A stretch of DNA of 64,000 bases from Carcharhinus amblyrhynchos (lineage: Eukaryota): the NCBI GenBank assembly GCA_965287045.1, contig OZ336889.1, positions 7,812,001 to 7,876,000 of the forward strand, given 5' to 3'. The first letter of the stretch is position 1. The number at the start of each line of letters is the position of its first letter. A program made the position numbers and the translations under genes. The notes below the pieces were generated by a model. It was not told the DNA's origin. It made no database searches and saw only the letters and a list, made by a program, of their open reading frames with translations. Shown here piece after piece: positions 13,560 through 27,698 of this stretch.

Positions 13560-16150
13560 TGTAACTTTATTGTGGTGTGTTCTCTCTCATACTTGTTGCT
13601 TCTTGTTCCCTGCTCCACATGGCATGCACCATTTCCTTGCATATATTACAGCAAGGAACCACAGTGAGCCAAAGAAGACAAACATTTTAACATCATCCCC
13701 CCCCCCCCCCCGCCGCTTAATTTGAACATCCTCAAAACAAATCAACATACACAATAGTCGGTGGGTTAGTCATTACTATAAATTCAGGTGGTCTGAAGGT
13801 AATCACTCAGAACAGTCGATGGCGAACTGCAGGCGTTTTCATCTTCATATTGATCATAGAATCCTGACAGTACAGAAGGAAACCATTTGGCTCATAAAAT
13901 CTGTACCGACCACAATCCCACCCACGCCCTATTCCCGTAACCTCACACGTTTACCCTCCTAATCCCCCGACAGTAGAGTCAATTTAGCATGGCATATCAA
14001 CCTAGCCTGCACATCTTTGTGTCTGTGTGGGTTTCCGCTGGATGTTCCGGCTTCCTCGCACAGTGCGATGTGTAAATGCCACACAAGTAGTGACTCGAGG
14101 CTGGACTTGAATCCAGGTCTCTGGCACTGTGAGGCAGCAATGCTTACCACTGTGCTGTCCACTTGACGTCAGTGATGGTTGGTTTAACAGGCATTGACAT
14201 GGGAATTGGAGGTTGTCTCTGCAGCGTAACAGAGGGTGAGGTACTGAATTCCTCAACAGTATCTGATGGTATTGTGGTTGCAATTAAGTCCTGACTTGGT
14301 AAGTTGGAACCTGAATTCTCAACAGGCTCCAATTTTAGCAGATCTGTTTTTCCCTCCAGTAACTGGTCTGCAAGTCTCCTCTAGATGATGTCATCTGAGG
14401 TCTGGATTGTGTAAAAGACAGATTCTGTTTGTGCAATGACTGTGGCCAGAATCCGTTTCTCCCAAGGAGTACTTCCTAGCCAGAACTTCTTGTTCCTGGT
14501 GGAAAACTGCTTGCTTTGCTTTGCTTTCAAACTGTTCCACTTGTGCTTGTGTTGTCTCAAAATCTCATTGGTTTTTGGAGGTTTTAGAAGGTCAAGTGCA
14601 GAATGCAACTGCCTTTTCATCATAAGTAATGCAGGCAAGGTCTTGGTTGTAGCATGTGTGATGTTTCAATAGACCAATAAGAATTTGTTGAGGCGTTGGA
14701 TAAGTAAACCTTTTTTTTAAAAAGTATATTTCAGAGTTTGGTTGAAGCATTTTGTTAGTCTATTCCTGTGTACCAGCACCATCCTTGATGACCTTAAGGG
14801 AACATAATGGGAATTTCTCATTGTAGATGTTCTTTGGCACCAGTGAGACTTCTACCCTAATGTCAACTTCCATCCTGGCTGGCCTTCCAGCAGTTGAGTG
14901 GCCCACAATGTGTGTGCAGTACTGGTGATGGCTAGCGCCTGTTGTGATAGCTCTTCCTCTTGACAGTGTGACACTTAACTCTTGACTCTGTTGTGCAGCG
15001 TGGACGTTTCTTCTTTAAATGTTGTCTTGGTTTTTCCCTGCTTTTTATCCTTTTTTAGTTCGTGCTTGCAGGAATGAAAAGCACTGTGTCCTTTTTTTTG
15101 CCACCGCTTTGACATTCCATGTCATTATATCAGCTTTTAACAGCAGTATACCCTGATTTTGCACCAGTAACATCTATGTGCACCTGCTGCTTCAGGTGTT
15201 GATTCAACAAGCGTTTTGTGCAGCTGAGTGAATTGCTGGCTTCCTTTTCCAGCTAGCTCCATAAAAACAATGATTTCAATGGCGTTCTGCAGAGTGGGAT
15301 TACTCAGTGAATAGGCGTTTTTGTGTTACTTCATTGCAAATGACACAAACTAATCTTTCTCGAATAGTGTCATTAAGCATCTCTCCAAATTCACAATATC
15401 CTGCAAGTCTCTTGAGCTTTGCAATAAATTGTGAAATTGGCTTCCCCTCCTCTGATCTTTTTTATGGAATCTAAAGTGCTCTGCACTCACCAGAGACTTA
15501 GTGTAAAATGTGCTTGCAAAATTTCCACAGTTTGCTTGGGTATCTTAGTGCCTGGCTTATCAGGTTTCACAAGACTGTGGTAGAGATTAAAAGTATTTCC
15601 TTCCATCATGCTCAGGAAAGTGGACACCATGATGTCTTTTCTATTTTATTCACCAGCACCAAATAATCTAAGTGCTCAGTAAAAGAGCTCCACTGCTCCA
15701 TATTCTCATTAAAAACTCCAATGATGTTGAAAAACATCACTTTTACTCGTGTGTTTCCCTTGTGCATATTTTGCAATCGTGTTTCCAGCAGCTGCCTCTG
15801 TTTTATCATTTACTCAAGGCATTAACTTCAGTCTGTCACTCACTGCAGCCAGCTCTCAAATGTTGTCAGACAAGTTTCTTTTATTCATACCCACACTAGC
15901 CAATTGATTTTCCCCATAGACAGCAATGTGTGTAGTTTCCCATTTTCTGACTTTTCTGTGCTGAAGCTTCTTAGGAGCAGCTTAACAGACACATGTCCGC
16001 TATCCTTGTCATGACACTCTGGAACACTTGATAAACAAATGTAATTTTATTGTCTCTCATGCCACTGCTTCATTGTTTCCACTCTACATCATGTTACATC
16101 TCTTCCTTGCATACATTGCAGCAAGACTCCACAGAAAGCTAAAAGGAATT
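13560..16150 (-). mobile_element. Old, internally deleted Gypsy-like LTR retrotransposon
   Basis: Gag N-terminal remnant at 15612-15750 (IIGVFNENMEQWSSFTEHLDYLVLVNKI) and integrase C-terminal remnant at 14381-14638 (PALLMMKRQLHSALDLLKP...ATVIAQTESVFYTIQT). Diverged direct repeats at about 13565-13675 and 16045-16145 (ttccttgcata.att.cagcaag) are candidate LTRs, with a C-run (PPT on the - strand) at 13697-13711. Confidence 0.7.
13855..14160 (-). mobile_element. HE1-like V-SINE inserted in the Gypsy remnant
   Basis: Reverse complement of the tRNA head (cactgtgaggcagcaatgcttaccactgtgctgtcc) and the CR1-like tail (catagaatcctgacagtacagaagga). Confidence 0.75.
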
Positions 16151-18251
16151 TGCAGTCTTGAGAAAATCTTTCAGATGATTTTCTTATTTTCTCGGCCTGA
16201 AGTATTGTCAGTGTCATCTTTTTGGTTTCTATGGAAGGAACTTGACATAAAGGTATGAGTTGAACTTTTAGTTGGTGTAGCTATTCCACCTTGTATCTTA
16301 CATGAGTTATTATCTCCCCAAAGAGGAAAGGACCATTTGTATTTCTATTTTAATTGCAGCTTGTTGCAGAGCTGCAAGGATTTTCACATGCAAGATTTTA
16401 GTCTTCTTGCTGAAGTGTGGTCAGATTGTTATTGGTCCCCCTGCTGTTAAATGGTCAGATGCAAGTGCAACTGTCAGGCTTCAAGTGAATGCCTGCTTGA
16501 GTCTACATCCTTATTGTTTAAAATGGAGGAATTGGGTTTTCTGTTGGTCTGAGGCATCAGCAAGCAATAAATATAGTTTAATCAGTTAAAGCATTTGTCC
16601 CCAACTTAAGGGGGAAGGAATTCCCCGTACTGATTGTGCAGTGATTCCACTGGAAAATGTGTTTACGCAAGCATGGAAATAACCATGATGGATGTGATTG
16701 TGGTATGCTCCCTGATGCTGGAGCTTTTCAGATGAAGGATGGGCATTTCACCAGACTGTCAAAACGCTGTAATTAATATTTCGAGTCGTAACATTTCAGA
16801 GCTTTGAAGAGGACTGGAAACGTTAGCTCTGTTTCTCTCTATACTGATGCTGCCACACCTGAGGTTTTTCCAGCATTTTCTGTTTTTATTTCAGATCTAC
16901 AGCATCTGCGGTATTTTGCTTTTACCAAAATGCTATACTCTGCAAGGGGAAGTACCTTCACAGGAGAGACAGGGAAAGATTGGGTAAGGAAGTTTGAGGA
17001 AGATTAAAAATACAAATATTAGGTGACTTGAGAGATTCTAATAGACTTCAACACAGTAAAACAGTTCTTGTTTCCAAAGTGTAAAATAATGAATTGGATA
17101 ACTAAGACTTATTGACTTTTGTTAAATGTTATGTACCATAATAGCAACAAAAATATCAGTTAGCGTGCCTTCGGAAGCCAAGATCCTGACAGAGCAACCT
17201 CACTGATTTTTGTTGTGACGTTTCAAGTGGACTATAAAAAGGCCAAATGCGGTACCTAGACTTCCAAAAATAGGTTTATAAAATACTGTTTAAAGGTAAC
17301 TGTCATGTTTGTGTTTGATGCATCTAGAAGTCGTCAAATATCAAGATCCTGTCCTTATTTCCACTAGCTGATTGTGAAATTGCCTAATAGAATTCACTGG
17401 CTGTGAAAGGGCCCATGTCATTTAGAATGTGGAGCCTATTGTACAACAGGCCCCGTGCTGTCTTGAGTGAGCATTGTTTGGTTTTACTGAGACAAGCCTG
17501 TATAATTGAGGACAAGGCTGTATTGCCAGCCAATCCTCCTTTGAGAAATTTTATTGTTGGAGGAATTATTGAATGGTGACCCTGACTTAAATTTCACAGG
17601 GTGCTCTAAGCCACGTTTGAAAGTTTGGCATGATGTCGACCACCCGCTATCTCACTCCACCCTATTCATCTTGCCACTGCAGCCCACGACTGCATACTTT
17701 TCAAGTGAGGTGCTACTTATTTTGCAACTAGCTTTCATTTCTGAGGGTTCCAACTATCTGCTACCCACTGACATGGTTGCTTCAGCTTTCCCCAACAACA
17801 GTAATACCGTTCTGAAAGTACAGTTCCTTTGGATATGTCCCCTATTTGTAAAGCTCTGTCAAATCATAGAAATTCCAGGTGACTTAAAGAGATCCCCTAA
17901 TGATCAGTCTTCAAGGACTGAAACAGGTTTAACTATTGCAACTGCAGGGACATAACATTATTCATTGTAGTTGGCAAAGTCCTAGCTGGGTTGGTTCTCA
18001 ATTTTCTCTTGGCAACTGCAGAAATGGCCCTTTCAGAGTCCCAGTGTGGCTTCCTGCTGACCAAAAGAACGCCAACAGGATCTACACAACAATGCAACTT
18101 AAGAAAAATACAGAGAGCAAAACATGCCTTTGTATATGGCTTTCTTCAGTCTAAAGTCTGACAACAACCTGGTGTTGTCAGACTTTTTACTGTGTTTACG
18201 CCAGTCCAACGCCGGCATACCCACATCATTTCTTCAGTCTCTCAGAAGCCT

Positions 18252-18405
18252 CCAATTTGATTTGATTGTTGCCATGTGTATTGGGTTACAGTGAAAAGCA
18301 TTGTTTCTTGTGTGCTATATAGACAAAGTATACTGTTCATAGAATACATAGGGGAGAAGGAAAGGAGAGGGTGCAGAACGTAGTGTTAGAGTCATAGCTA
18401 GGCTG
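18252..18405 (-). mobile_element. Rex1/Babar LINE 3' UTR fragment
   Basis: Reverse complement of the 3' UTR and tail at 30025-30154 (gatttgattgttg...tacagtgaaaagcattgtttcttg). Confidence 0.7.
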
Positions 18406-19039
18406 TTTGTAAATAAAATTCTCAGTTGGAAGGTGCTACAGTGACATGGATGCCCACCTAAGTTTACGAATACCATCCCTCTACTACAAAGCTACGTTAA
18501 TAGTACTGTGCAATAACTACAGATTCCTTCCTTGCCAAAACAGGTGTCAAACAAAGGTATGCAATTGTACCAACAATAGTCTCAATCTTTCTTACAATAA
18601 GACTGCAGCTTACCACTGACAGACTCCCATCAGGTGTGGTAATAACTTAACATGTTAACCCTTTTATATACAGAATCAGCTGAAAGCCAAATCTTCAAAC
18701 CACTTGTGTAATAGAAATCCATATGTTCATGAAGCCCAATCTGAAGTACTGCAACACACAGTTTATATCTTCATCCAAGTTTGTAATAGCGTGATACTTG
18801 TCTTGAATGCTAAGACCAAAGTCCTCTACAAATCCACATCAAATATGTTAAATCCAATGCCTTCAACTGAGATTTCTAGTGAAGTAATAGAAAATGTCCT
18901 TTGCATCCCATAACTTGGAAGCTATTTATTTCAAAAAGCTGATATTTGTTTCAGTTATGTGTTTCTTTATCAGTGTGCTAGCTTGGCCTGTGCTAAATTA
19001 TGTTCTCAAGTTTTTCAGAGTTGTGATATCAGACTGATA

Positions 19040-19450
19040 TAAAACTCAGTCTTGCGAGCAGTAGTTTGCTCCATGCATGTCAATGTTGGTGAACTCAGAC
19101 AACCTATCGAGGCTCTGGAAAACACCACTCATTAAGAGGATCTTGCAAATCTTGTAGGAGGACAGAAAGACAAACATGAGTATCATGCAAGGTCCACGCA
19201 TGCCAAATATTGAAGCCATTGTAATCTCACATCAGATGAATTGCTGTGACATGTCATCAGAATGCCTGACATCAGACTGCCCAAGCAGATTCTCTACTCA
19301 GAATTACACCAGTGAGCCTGTCCACACGAGCCAAATTAAATATTCCAAAGATGAGTCAAAGCCCAATGAAGGTCTGCTCTTATTAACAACATATAGGAAA
19401 TGAGAACGCCATCACAATTAAAAGGGTGATCCATCATTAAAAATGTCAGG
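19040..19450 (+). mobile_element. Degenerate RTE-like LINE fragment
   Basis: catgtcatcagaatgcctgacatcagactgcccaagcagattctctactcagaatta translates HVIRMPDIRLPKQILYSEL, an RTE C-terminal motif. Confidence 0.65.
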
Positions 19451-20334
19451 ACCTTCAAACCACCAACAATGGCCATTTGGAGAGAATGAGAAAGTGAGAA
19501 CATGCAAGAGTCTTAAAGGGAATTGAATGTGGCCTGTTTGTCCTCTGTGTGGCACGTACTTGATTGTTGGGCACTTAGAATGTTGGAAGCAATAGTGTTC
19601 ATTCGTTTCAATGACTTGGATTCTGAAACGGTCAAGTTTAGCAGATGATAAAACAGGAGACGAGTTGATTTTGAGGAATTAGCTTGGCCAAAAAAAATTA
19701 GTTGGGCAAAATGAGTGACATATGAAATTCAATGTGGATTAGTATTTTACAAAAGAGAATAAATGAATAATGTACAGAGCAGCAGTCATTAAAACAGAAT
19801 GGTGAATTATGTAGCTCAAACAGTTGTGTGTAAGGCAAGAGGTTGTGCTTAAGCTCATTCACATATGAGTCTTTGAGACACAAGGGGCATTCAAGCGCAG
19901 CTGGCAATCCAAAACATAAACCCCAGGTTGATTTCTGTTGCCAGACATCTGTTTTATGAGAAAAATTCAAAGATTTGCACTTTTGAAAAATCGCAAGGTG
20001 ACTCTGTGGGGGTATTTTGGTCAGCAAATGGCATGAGGAATGTAAATCCAGTGGAGATCTTGCAGGAGTCGAACAAATAGGCTTCAAAGTGGTGAAAGTA
20101 GAATTTCTAAATGTCAAGATCTTTTTAATGCAGTGATTAATATTTAAGTGACCTTAAAAGTTGTGTTATGGAGATGAACATACTTTGAATCATTTGTGCT
20201 GTTAGAGGGGGTAACATTTTGACATGGTTAAAAGATTGGCTGGCTAACAGGAAGCAGAGAATAGACATGTCTTCCAGTTGACAAGAAACAAGGGGTACTC
20301 GGGGATCAATGCTGGGACCGCAACTATTTAGAAT

Positions 20335-20870
20335 TTAGAACATAGAACAGTACAGCATACTACAGGCCCTTCGGCCCTCAGTGTTGTGCCGAGCTATGTC
20401 CAAACCCAAGATCAAGCTATCCCACTCCTATAATTCTGGTGTGCTCCATGTGCCTATCCAGTAACTGCTTGAAAGTTCCTAAAGTGTCCAACTCGATCAC
20501 AGCAGACAGTGCATTCCACACCCCAACCCCTCTGAGTGAAGAATCTACCTCAGACATCCCTCCTACATCTCCCACCATGAACCTTATAGTTATGCCCCCT
20601 CGTAACAGCTACATCCACCTAAGGAAATAGTCTCTGTACGTCCACTCTATTTATCCCCCTTATCATCTTATAAACCTCTATTAAGTCACCTCTCCTCCTC
20701 CACTGTAAAGAGAAAAGCCTCAGCTCCCTCAACCTTTCCTCATAAGACCTACCCTCCAAACCAGGCAGGTTCCTGATAAATCTCCTCTGCACTCCCTCCA
20801 ATGCTTCCACATCCTCCTTATAGTGAGGTGACCAGAACGGAACACAAAATTCCAAATGTGGTCTCATCAA
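20335..20870 (-). mobile_element. CR1 LINE 3' end, nested
   Basis: ORF 20619-20870 reads RPHLEFCVPFWSPHYKEDVEALEGVQRRF; tail agaacatagaacagtacagc. Confidence 0.85.
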
Positions 20871-20967
20871 TGTCCAACGTTAAATAAAATTTAAGTGATT
20901 TGACTGAAGGGATGGTTGTCAGATTTACTGATGACACAAAGGTAGGAAAGTAAATTGTGAAAAGCTT

Positions 20968-21165
20968 TTAGTTTTTATTTATTCGTATCACAGGTAGGCT
21001 TACATTAACACTGCAATAAGTTGATGTAAAAATCTCCTAGTCGCCACACTTCGGCACCTGTTCAGGTACACTGAGGGAGAATTGAACATGGCTAATGCAC
21101 CTAACCAGCATGCATTTTGGACTGTGGGAGGAACACCCAGAGGAAACCCACGCAGACACGCACAA
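20968..21165 (-). mobile_element. V-SINE, 3' half (alternative-tail subfamily)
   Basis: gtaggcttacattaacactgcaat...gaggaaacccacgcagacac; same family as 47125-47410 and 49275-49545. Confidence 0.8.
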
Positions 21166-22239
21166 AAAGGGGCTACAGAAAGATGTAGGTTGGTCAAGTG
21201 GGTGAACAAAGATCTGGCAAATGGAGTGTAATGTGAGAAATGTGAAATTGCCCATTTTGACAGGAAGAATAACAATGACACATATCTAAATGGTGAAAGA
21301 TTGCAGAGCTCTGAGATGCAGAGGGATCTGGGTGTCCGAATGCATGATGCCCAAAGAGCTAATATGCAGATACAGCAAATAATTAGGAAAGCTAAAGGAT
21401 GTTATCATTTATTGCAAGGGGAATGGAATATGAATAAGATGCTTCAGTTGTACAAGCACTAGTGAGACTAATGCAGCAGTTCAAAGAATCTTTACCAGAC
21501 TAATATCTGAATTCAGTGGGTTACCTTAATAAGGAAACAAGACAGACCAGGCTTGTATTGTTGGAGTTTAAAAGAATTAAGTGATGACTTGATTGAAATA
21601 TACAAAATCCTGATGGGCCTTATCAAGTGGCTGTGGAGCTGATATTTCATTTTGTGGGAGAATCTAGAACTTGGCGGTCACTATTTTAAAATGAAGTGTT
21701 GCCTATTTAAAATGGAGATGAGGTGAATTATTTTCATTTAGCAGGCCATGAGTCTTTGGAACACTCTCCTTAAACGATATGTAAGGCACAAGTGGATAGA
21801 TTCTTGGTCAGCAAGGGGGTGATAGGTTACCATCAGATCAGCAAGATATTATTAATGGTGGAATAAACCTGACGGGCTGAATGGCCCATTGCTCCATCTT
21901 TGAGATAAAAATACATCCTACATATGGGTGGGATCAGCTGGGGAGAAGGGAGGGAATGTTATTTGAGATATTCTTGGATATTTAAACTGAAGTGGATGAA
22001 ACTGCCTACCTCTTCCTCTTTGGTCTTGTTAACACATGCCACCAATTGCCTAGCTCTTCAGCACCATGTTTCTGCTCTCTATTGCCCAATAAACTTTTGG
22101 CCCAGTTACATAATTCATTATTAATCATGATTATCTTCAAAAACTTTGTACAGACCTTCAGTAAATGTGTTCTGCAAAACCAGGCTAATCCCTCAGCTCT
22201 GTTATTTCCTCAAAAGAATTCAAGTAAGTTTGTGAGGTA

Positions 22240-22986
22240 GCAGGCGACGGTGCAGAGGGACCTTGGGGTCCTTGTGCATGAATCGCAAAAACCCAGCTTG
22301 CAGGTGCAGCAGGTGGTCAGGAAGGCGAATGGGATGCTGGCCTTCATAGCGAGGGGGATTGAATATAAAAGTAGGGAGGTCTTGCTGCAGCTGTATAGGG
22401 CATTGGTGAGGCCGCAGCTGGAGTACTGTGTGCAGTTTTGGGCGCCGCACCTGCGCAAGGATATTTTGGCCCTGGAGGGAGTGCAGAGGAGGTTTACTCG
22501 GCTGATACCGGAGTTGAGGGGATTGAGCTATGAGGAGAGGCTGAATAAACTAGACTTGTACTCGTTAGAGTTTAGAAGAATGAGGGGAGATCTCATTGAG
22601 ACGTATAAGATGATGAATGGGATGGATAGGATAGAGGTGGAGAGACTCTTCCCGCTCAAAAAAGACAGTAGGACTAGGGGGCACAGCCTGAAGATAAAGG
22701 GGAGGCGGTTTAGAACGGAGTTGAGGAGGAACTTCTTCACTCAAAGGGTGGTGAATCTCTGGAATTCTCTGCCCGTTGAAGTGGTGGAGGCTGCCTCGCT
22801 AAATATTTTTAAGAAGCGGGTTGATGGGTTTTTGATAAGAGAAGGGATTAAGGGTTATGGGGAGAGGGCGGGAAAGTGGAACTGAGCCACGACAGATCAG
22901 CCATGATCTTATTGAATGGCGGGGCAGGCTCGAAGGGCTAGATGGCCTACTCCTGCTCCTATTTCTTATGTTCTTATGTTCTTATG
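22240..22986 (+). mobile_element. Young CR1 LINE, 5'-truncated, ORF2 C-terminus intact
   Basis: Open ORF 22250-22885 ends ...FFTQRVVNLWNSLP...GERAGKWN*; (GTTCTTAT)n tail. Confidence 0.93.
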
Positions 22987-24811
22987 ACCTGATGATTCTA
23001 AAATAATTATTCGTCTCTCTGGCCTTTTAGGTATTTGGATGACTGATGATAAGTGATGGAATGTTGTTGAGCATTCCTGCAATGCCGCAGTCCTCCTTTT
23101 TGGTTCTTAAAATTACACTTGCTATCTTCCACCACTCCAGTATCATGAGACATGTTGATGAAAGGTTATCCAGACTCAACGTTAGCTCTGTTCTCTCTCC
23201 ACAGATGTTATCAGATCTGCTGAGATTTTCCAGTTTTTTTTTCAGATTTCAGCATCCACAGTAATTTGCTTTTACATCAACATATCAATTGAGTTCTTAG
23301 AAACATTAAGCAGAGGACTAATTTACTTCTAGTCATGATTTCTGTTTGTTTTGTCTTTCTTGACTTGTCCTCTCTCTGTAACTACGGTTACCTTTTGCAT
23401 TAATATCTGCGTTCCACAGTTTCTTTTGTTTCATTCCATTTTCAATTCCGTGTGTATTTTACTGAGAAGAAATGTTAATGCCCTTATTCAGTCACTGGAG
23501 TTTTGGTCCTGTAGTTTTCCATTGAAATAATAGTTACTTCACACATTCCAATTCAAAGTATAATCATATTGGAAAAAAACAACAATTTTGTTTGAAATTC
23601 AGTATCACTTCTTAACTTAAATTTCCTTAGAGCTGATAAAATTGCTACAAGATTTGTTCTTCTAAACTATTGGCATCTGTGTTGTTTTGACCTTCCCTTC
23701 TGTTGCAGTTATCAAATCTGACTTTCTAATAAGTGCAAGAACCCAAGCATTCACGCATTTCCAGCCCATTAATTGGTTTGTGTGCGCTGTTAAATGTGGA
23801 TTGAATTCCAGCATCTGTCGCAGAATGCCAGTTCATCAGTTTGTGTTGAGAAAGAACTATTACTTCACTGCTGTTGTTTTTCCCCTTAAACCAAGTTTTT
23901 GGTTAGTTGTTGTACCATTTGTTATGTTGAAAATCCCCATGATTCTCATTTGTTTCCTGCAGCCAGCAATTATTTCTGTTCTTCTTAGCGACATCAGCTA
24001 TTCTGTAGCTGCCTAACTACTCAAACTATTACAGAGATTTTCCTATAACATCATGGCCACTTTTTTAAAATAATAATTCTTGGGCTGTGGATGACACAGG
24101 CAAGGTTATCTATCCTTGTATCCCTTGAAAAGGTGGTGGTGGCTGCTCTTGAACTGTTGCACTCCATGTGGTTAAGGCACTTAAATGCTATCAAGCATTC
24201 AAGGATATTGATCCAGCTACGAGAAAGAAACAATGTTTAACCAAGTTATGAAAGTGTTAGTCTTGGAAATAAATTTGGGGTGATGGTTTCCCATGCACCT
24301 ACTGCTTTGATTGACCTAACTGGAAGTTGTGGGTTTGAGAAGTGTTGACAAAAAAGTTGTGGTAAGTTGCTGCATTCTGTCCTGTAACATCAGTTTGCAA
24401 TTGTAAATTCTGAACATGACTGAAGTTGCAACCACAGTGTTTATGCTGGTGGATGAAGTGCCAGTCAAGCAGGCTGCCTTGTCACTGTCAAACTTCTGAA
24501 TATTGTAGAGAATATTCCATTACACTCCTGATTTTGGTAATAACATAGAAGGACAAGAACATGAATTTGACTACTTAAGCCTTCTGTGCCATTTAGTAAG
24601 GACATGGCTGATCTCCTCCCTCTGTCTTCCTGCAGTCAATTCCTGTAGTAACAAAGATCTATCAATCCCTGTCATTCATGGGATGCAGACATCACTGGCT
24701 GGGCCAACACTTACTGTCCTAATTGCATTTGAACTGAGTGGCCTGGTAGGCCATTTCAGAGGGCATCAAAGACCACGTTGCTGTGAGTCTGAAGTCACAT
24801 CAGCCAGATCA

Positions 24812-25335
24812 GCAAGGATATTTTGGCCCTGGAGGGAGTGCAGAGGAGGTTTACTAGGCTGATACCGGAGTTGAGGGGATTGAGCTATGAGGAGAGGCTG
24901 AATAAACTAGGCTTGTACTCGTTAGAGTTTAGAAGAATGAGGGGAGATCTCATTGAGACGTATAAGATGATGAATGGGATGGATAGGATAGAGGTGGAAA
25001 GACTCTTCCCGCTCAAAAAAGACAGTAGGACTAGGGGGCACAGCCTCAAGATAAAGGGGAGGCGGTTTAGAACGGAGTTGAGGAGGAACTTCTTCACTCA
25101 AAGGGTGGTGAATCTCTGGAATTCTCTGCCCGTTGAAGCGGTGGAGGCTGCCTCGCTAAATATTTTTAAGAAGCGGGTTGATGGGTTCTTGATAAGAGAG
25201 GGGATTAAGGGTTATGGGGAGAGGGCGGGAAAGTGGAACTGAGCCACAACAGATCAGCCATGATCTTATTGAATGGCGGGGCAGGCTCGAAGGGCTAGAT
25301 GGCCTACTCCTGCTCCTATTTCTTATGTTCTTATG
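24812..25335 (+). mobile_element. Young CR1 LINE, 5'-truncated
   Basis: ORF 24823-25242 is nearly identical to the 22240 copy and has the same tail. Confidence 0.93.
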
Positions 25336-26239
25336 ATGGCAGATTTCTTTCTCTAAAAATGTTAGTTTCATGATCATTAGATTTTTAATTCCAGATTTTT
25401 ATTAGATTCAAATTTCACCATCTGCCATGACCCAATGACAATACCACGTCATCGCCTCCCCCTAAAACTAATAACATATTTAATAACTGCATGTCCAACG
25501 CCCTTGAAATCCAAAATTCCAAACATTCAGAATGGTTTGAGTGAAGAAATTTCTCCTCATCAACGCACTGACCTTATTCTGAGACAATGACCCTTCATTC
25601 TCAATTCCCCAACCAGTGTAAACATCCTCACAGCATCTAACCTGTCTGACATTTGTATGGTATTTCTTATTAATTGCTACTTATCAAGCCTGGATATTGT
25701 TCAGTTCTTACTGCATGTGGGCATTCACTGCTTCATTACCCAAGGAAATGTGAATGGAACTGAAGATCTTACAATCATTAATTAGCTAATACCCCGCTTT
25801 CTGACCTCTATTTCTTGTCTGGCTCACTTCATTATTTCAGTGATGTGAGTATTTGTACCAGATGGAAATTACTTTCCAGTGGCTTATTACAAATGCTTCT
25901 GGCGTCAGAATGAAAACCTTTTAACTTTATTGTGATTTGTAATCTTGTTTTGTATTTCAATTTTTTTCCTCCAAACATTTTGTTTTTTATCAGCAGAAGA
26001 ATTATTTACCTATTTTTACAGTAATTATCTCCTCCTCCTAAATCTAATCCAAATGAATTCAATTGCTGTCCAATTTTCAGAAGTAGGAAATCCCTGGTTA
26101 CTTCCAAAACCTCATTCTTCGCAGATCTTGTCAATGGGATTCAATACCTAGATAAAATTGATAGTTAAATTGGGAACTCAATGTAATTACAAAATGATAA
26201 AAGTCTAATGTACAGCTGCATGGAGAAGAAAATGCTGCA

Positions 26240-27093
26240 TTAGATAGGCTGGGCGAATGGGCCAGGAAATGGCAAATGGAATTTAATGTTGGCAAGTGTG
26301 AGGTGGTCCACTTTGGTAGGAAGGACTATTACTTACGGGGCGAAAAACTGCAGCAGGCGACGGTGCAGAGGGACCTCGGGGTACTTGTGCATGAGTCGCA
26401 AAAACCCAGCTTGCAGGTGCAGCAGGTGGTCAGGAAGGCGAATGGGATGCTGGCCTTCATAGCGAGGGGGATTGAATATAAAAGTAGGGAGGTCTTGCTG
26501 CGGCTGTATAGGGCATTGGTGAGGCCGCAGCTGGAGTACTGTGTGCAGTTTTGGGCGCCGCACCTGCGCAAAGATATTTTGGCCTTGGAGGGAGTGCAGA
26601 GGAGGTTTATTAGGCTGATACCGGAGTTGAGGGGGTTGAGCTATGAGGAGAGGCTGAATAAACTAGGCTTGTACTCGTTAGAGTTTAGAAGAATGAGGGG
26701 AGATCTCATTGAAACGTATAAGATGATGAATGGGATGGATAGGATAGAGGTGGAGAGACTCTTCCCGCTCAAAAAAGACAGTAGGACTAGGGGGCACAGC
26801 CTCAGGATAAAGGGGGGGGCGGTTTAGAACGGAGTTGAGGAGGAACTTCTTCACTCAAAGGGTGGTGAATCTCTGGAATTCTCTGCCCGTTGAAGTGGTG
26901 GAGGCTGCCTCACTAAATATTTTTAAGAAGCGGGTTGATGGGTTTTTGATAAGAGAGGGGATTAAGGGTTATGGGGAGAGGGCGGGAAAGTGGAACTGAG
27001 CCACGACAGATCAGCCATGATCTTATTGAATGGCGGGGCAGGCTCGAAGGGCTAGATGGCCTACTCCTGCTCCTATTTCTTATGTTCTTATGT
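26240..27093 (+). mobile_element. Young CR1 LINE, 5'-truncated
   Basis: ORF 26276-26827 begins MEFNVGKCEVVHFG; frameshift in a G-run near 26812-26819; same tail. Confidence 0.93.
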
Positions 27094-27182
27094 ACTCAAC
27101 AGTTTGCATTCCTGTAAGTGTTGTATGTCTAACTGGCTAAAAAAGCCAGAGGTCCAAAGTACACTTCCCTGCCTGAGTTGGG

Positions 27183-27650
27183 GAGTTGAGGGGGTTGAGC
27201 TATGAGGAGAGGCTGAATAAACTAGGCTTGTACTCATTAGAGTTTAGAAGAATGAGGGGACATCTCATTGAGACATATAAGATGGTGAATGGGATGGATA
27301 GGATAGAGGTGGAGAGACTCTTCCTGCTCAGAAAGGACAGTAGGACTAGGGGGCACAGCCTCAAGATAAAGGGGGAGCGGTTTAGAACGGAGTTGAGGAG
27401 GAACTTCTTCACTCAAAGGGTGGTGAATCTCCGGAATTCTCTGCCTGTTGAAGTGGTGGAGGCTGTCTCGCTAAATATTTTTAAGACACGGGTTGATGGG
27501 TTTTTGATAAGAGAGGGGATTAAGGGTTTGAGGAGAGGGCGGGAATGTGGAACTGAGCCACGACAGATCAGCCATGATCTTATTGAATGGCGGGGCAGGC
27601 TCGAAGGGCTAGATGGCCTGTTCCTGCTCCTATTTCTTATGTTCTTATGT
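27183..27650 (+). mobile_element. Young CR1 LINE, 5'-truncated, slightly more diverged
   Basis: ORF 27186-27698 begins RGLSYEERLNKLGLYSLEFRRMRG; same tail. Confidence 0.92.
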
Positions 27651-27698
27651 AAACCAGATGGTGAAGTACAAAGCAAAACATCAATCTTTTTCTTGTAG

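Larger units (their letters stand above)
20190..21900 (+). mobile_element. Old CR1 LINE interrupted by a younger CR1 (-) and a SINE (-)
   Basis: The RT motifs run across the insertions: QGSMLGPQLF at about 20300, gatgacacaaag at about 20930, WQMECNVRKCE at about 21215, and the 3' UTR at about 21880. Confidence 0.7.

Noticed and set aside
17380-18130. ORF 17554-17955, or a further Gypsy remnant
   Set aside because: The ORF has no recognisable motif. The region may be a decayed LTR-element interior, but I could not read diagnostic peptides or boundaries.
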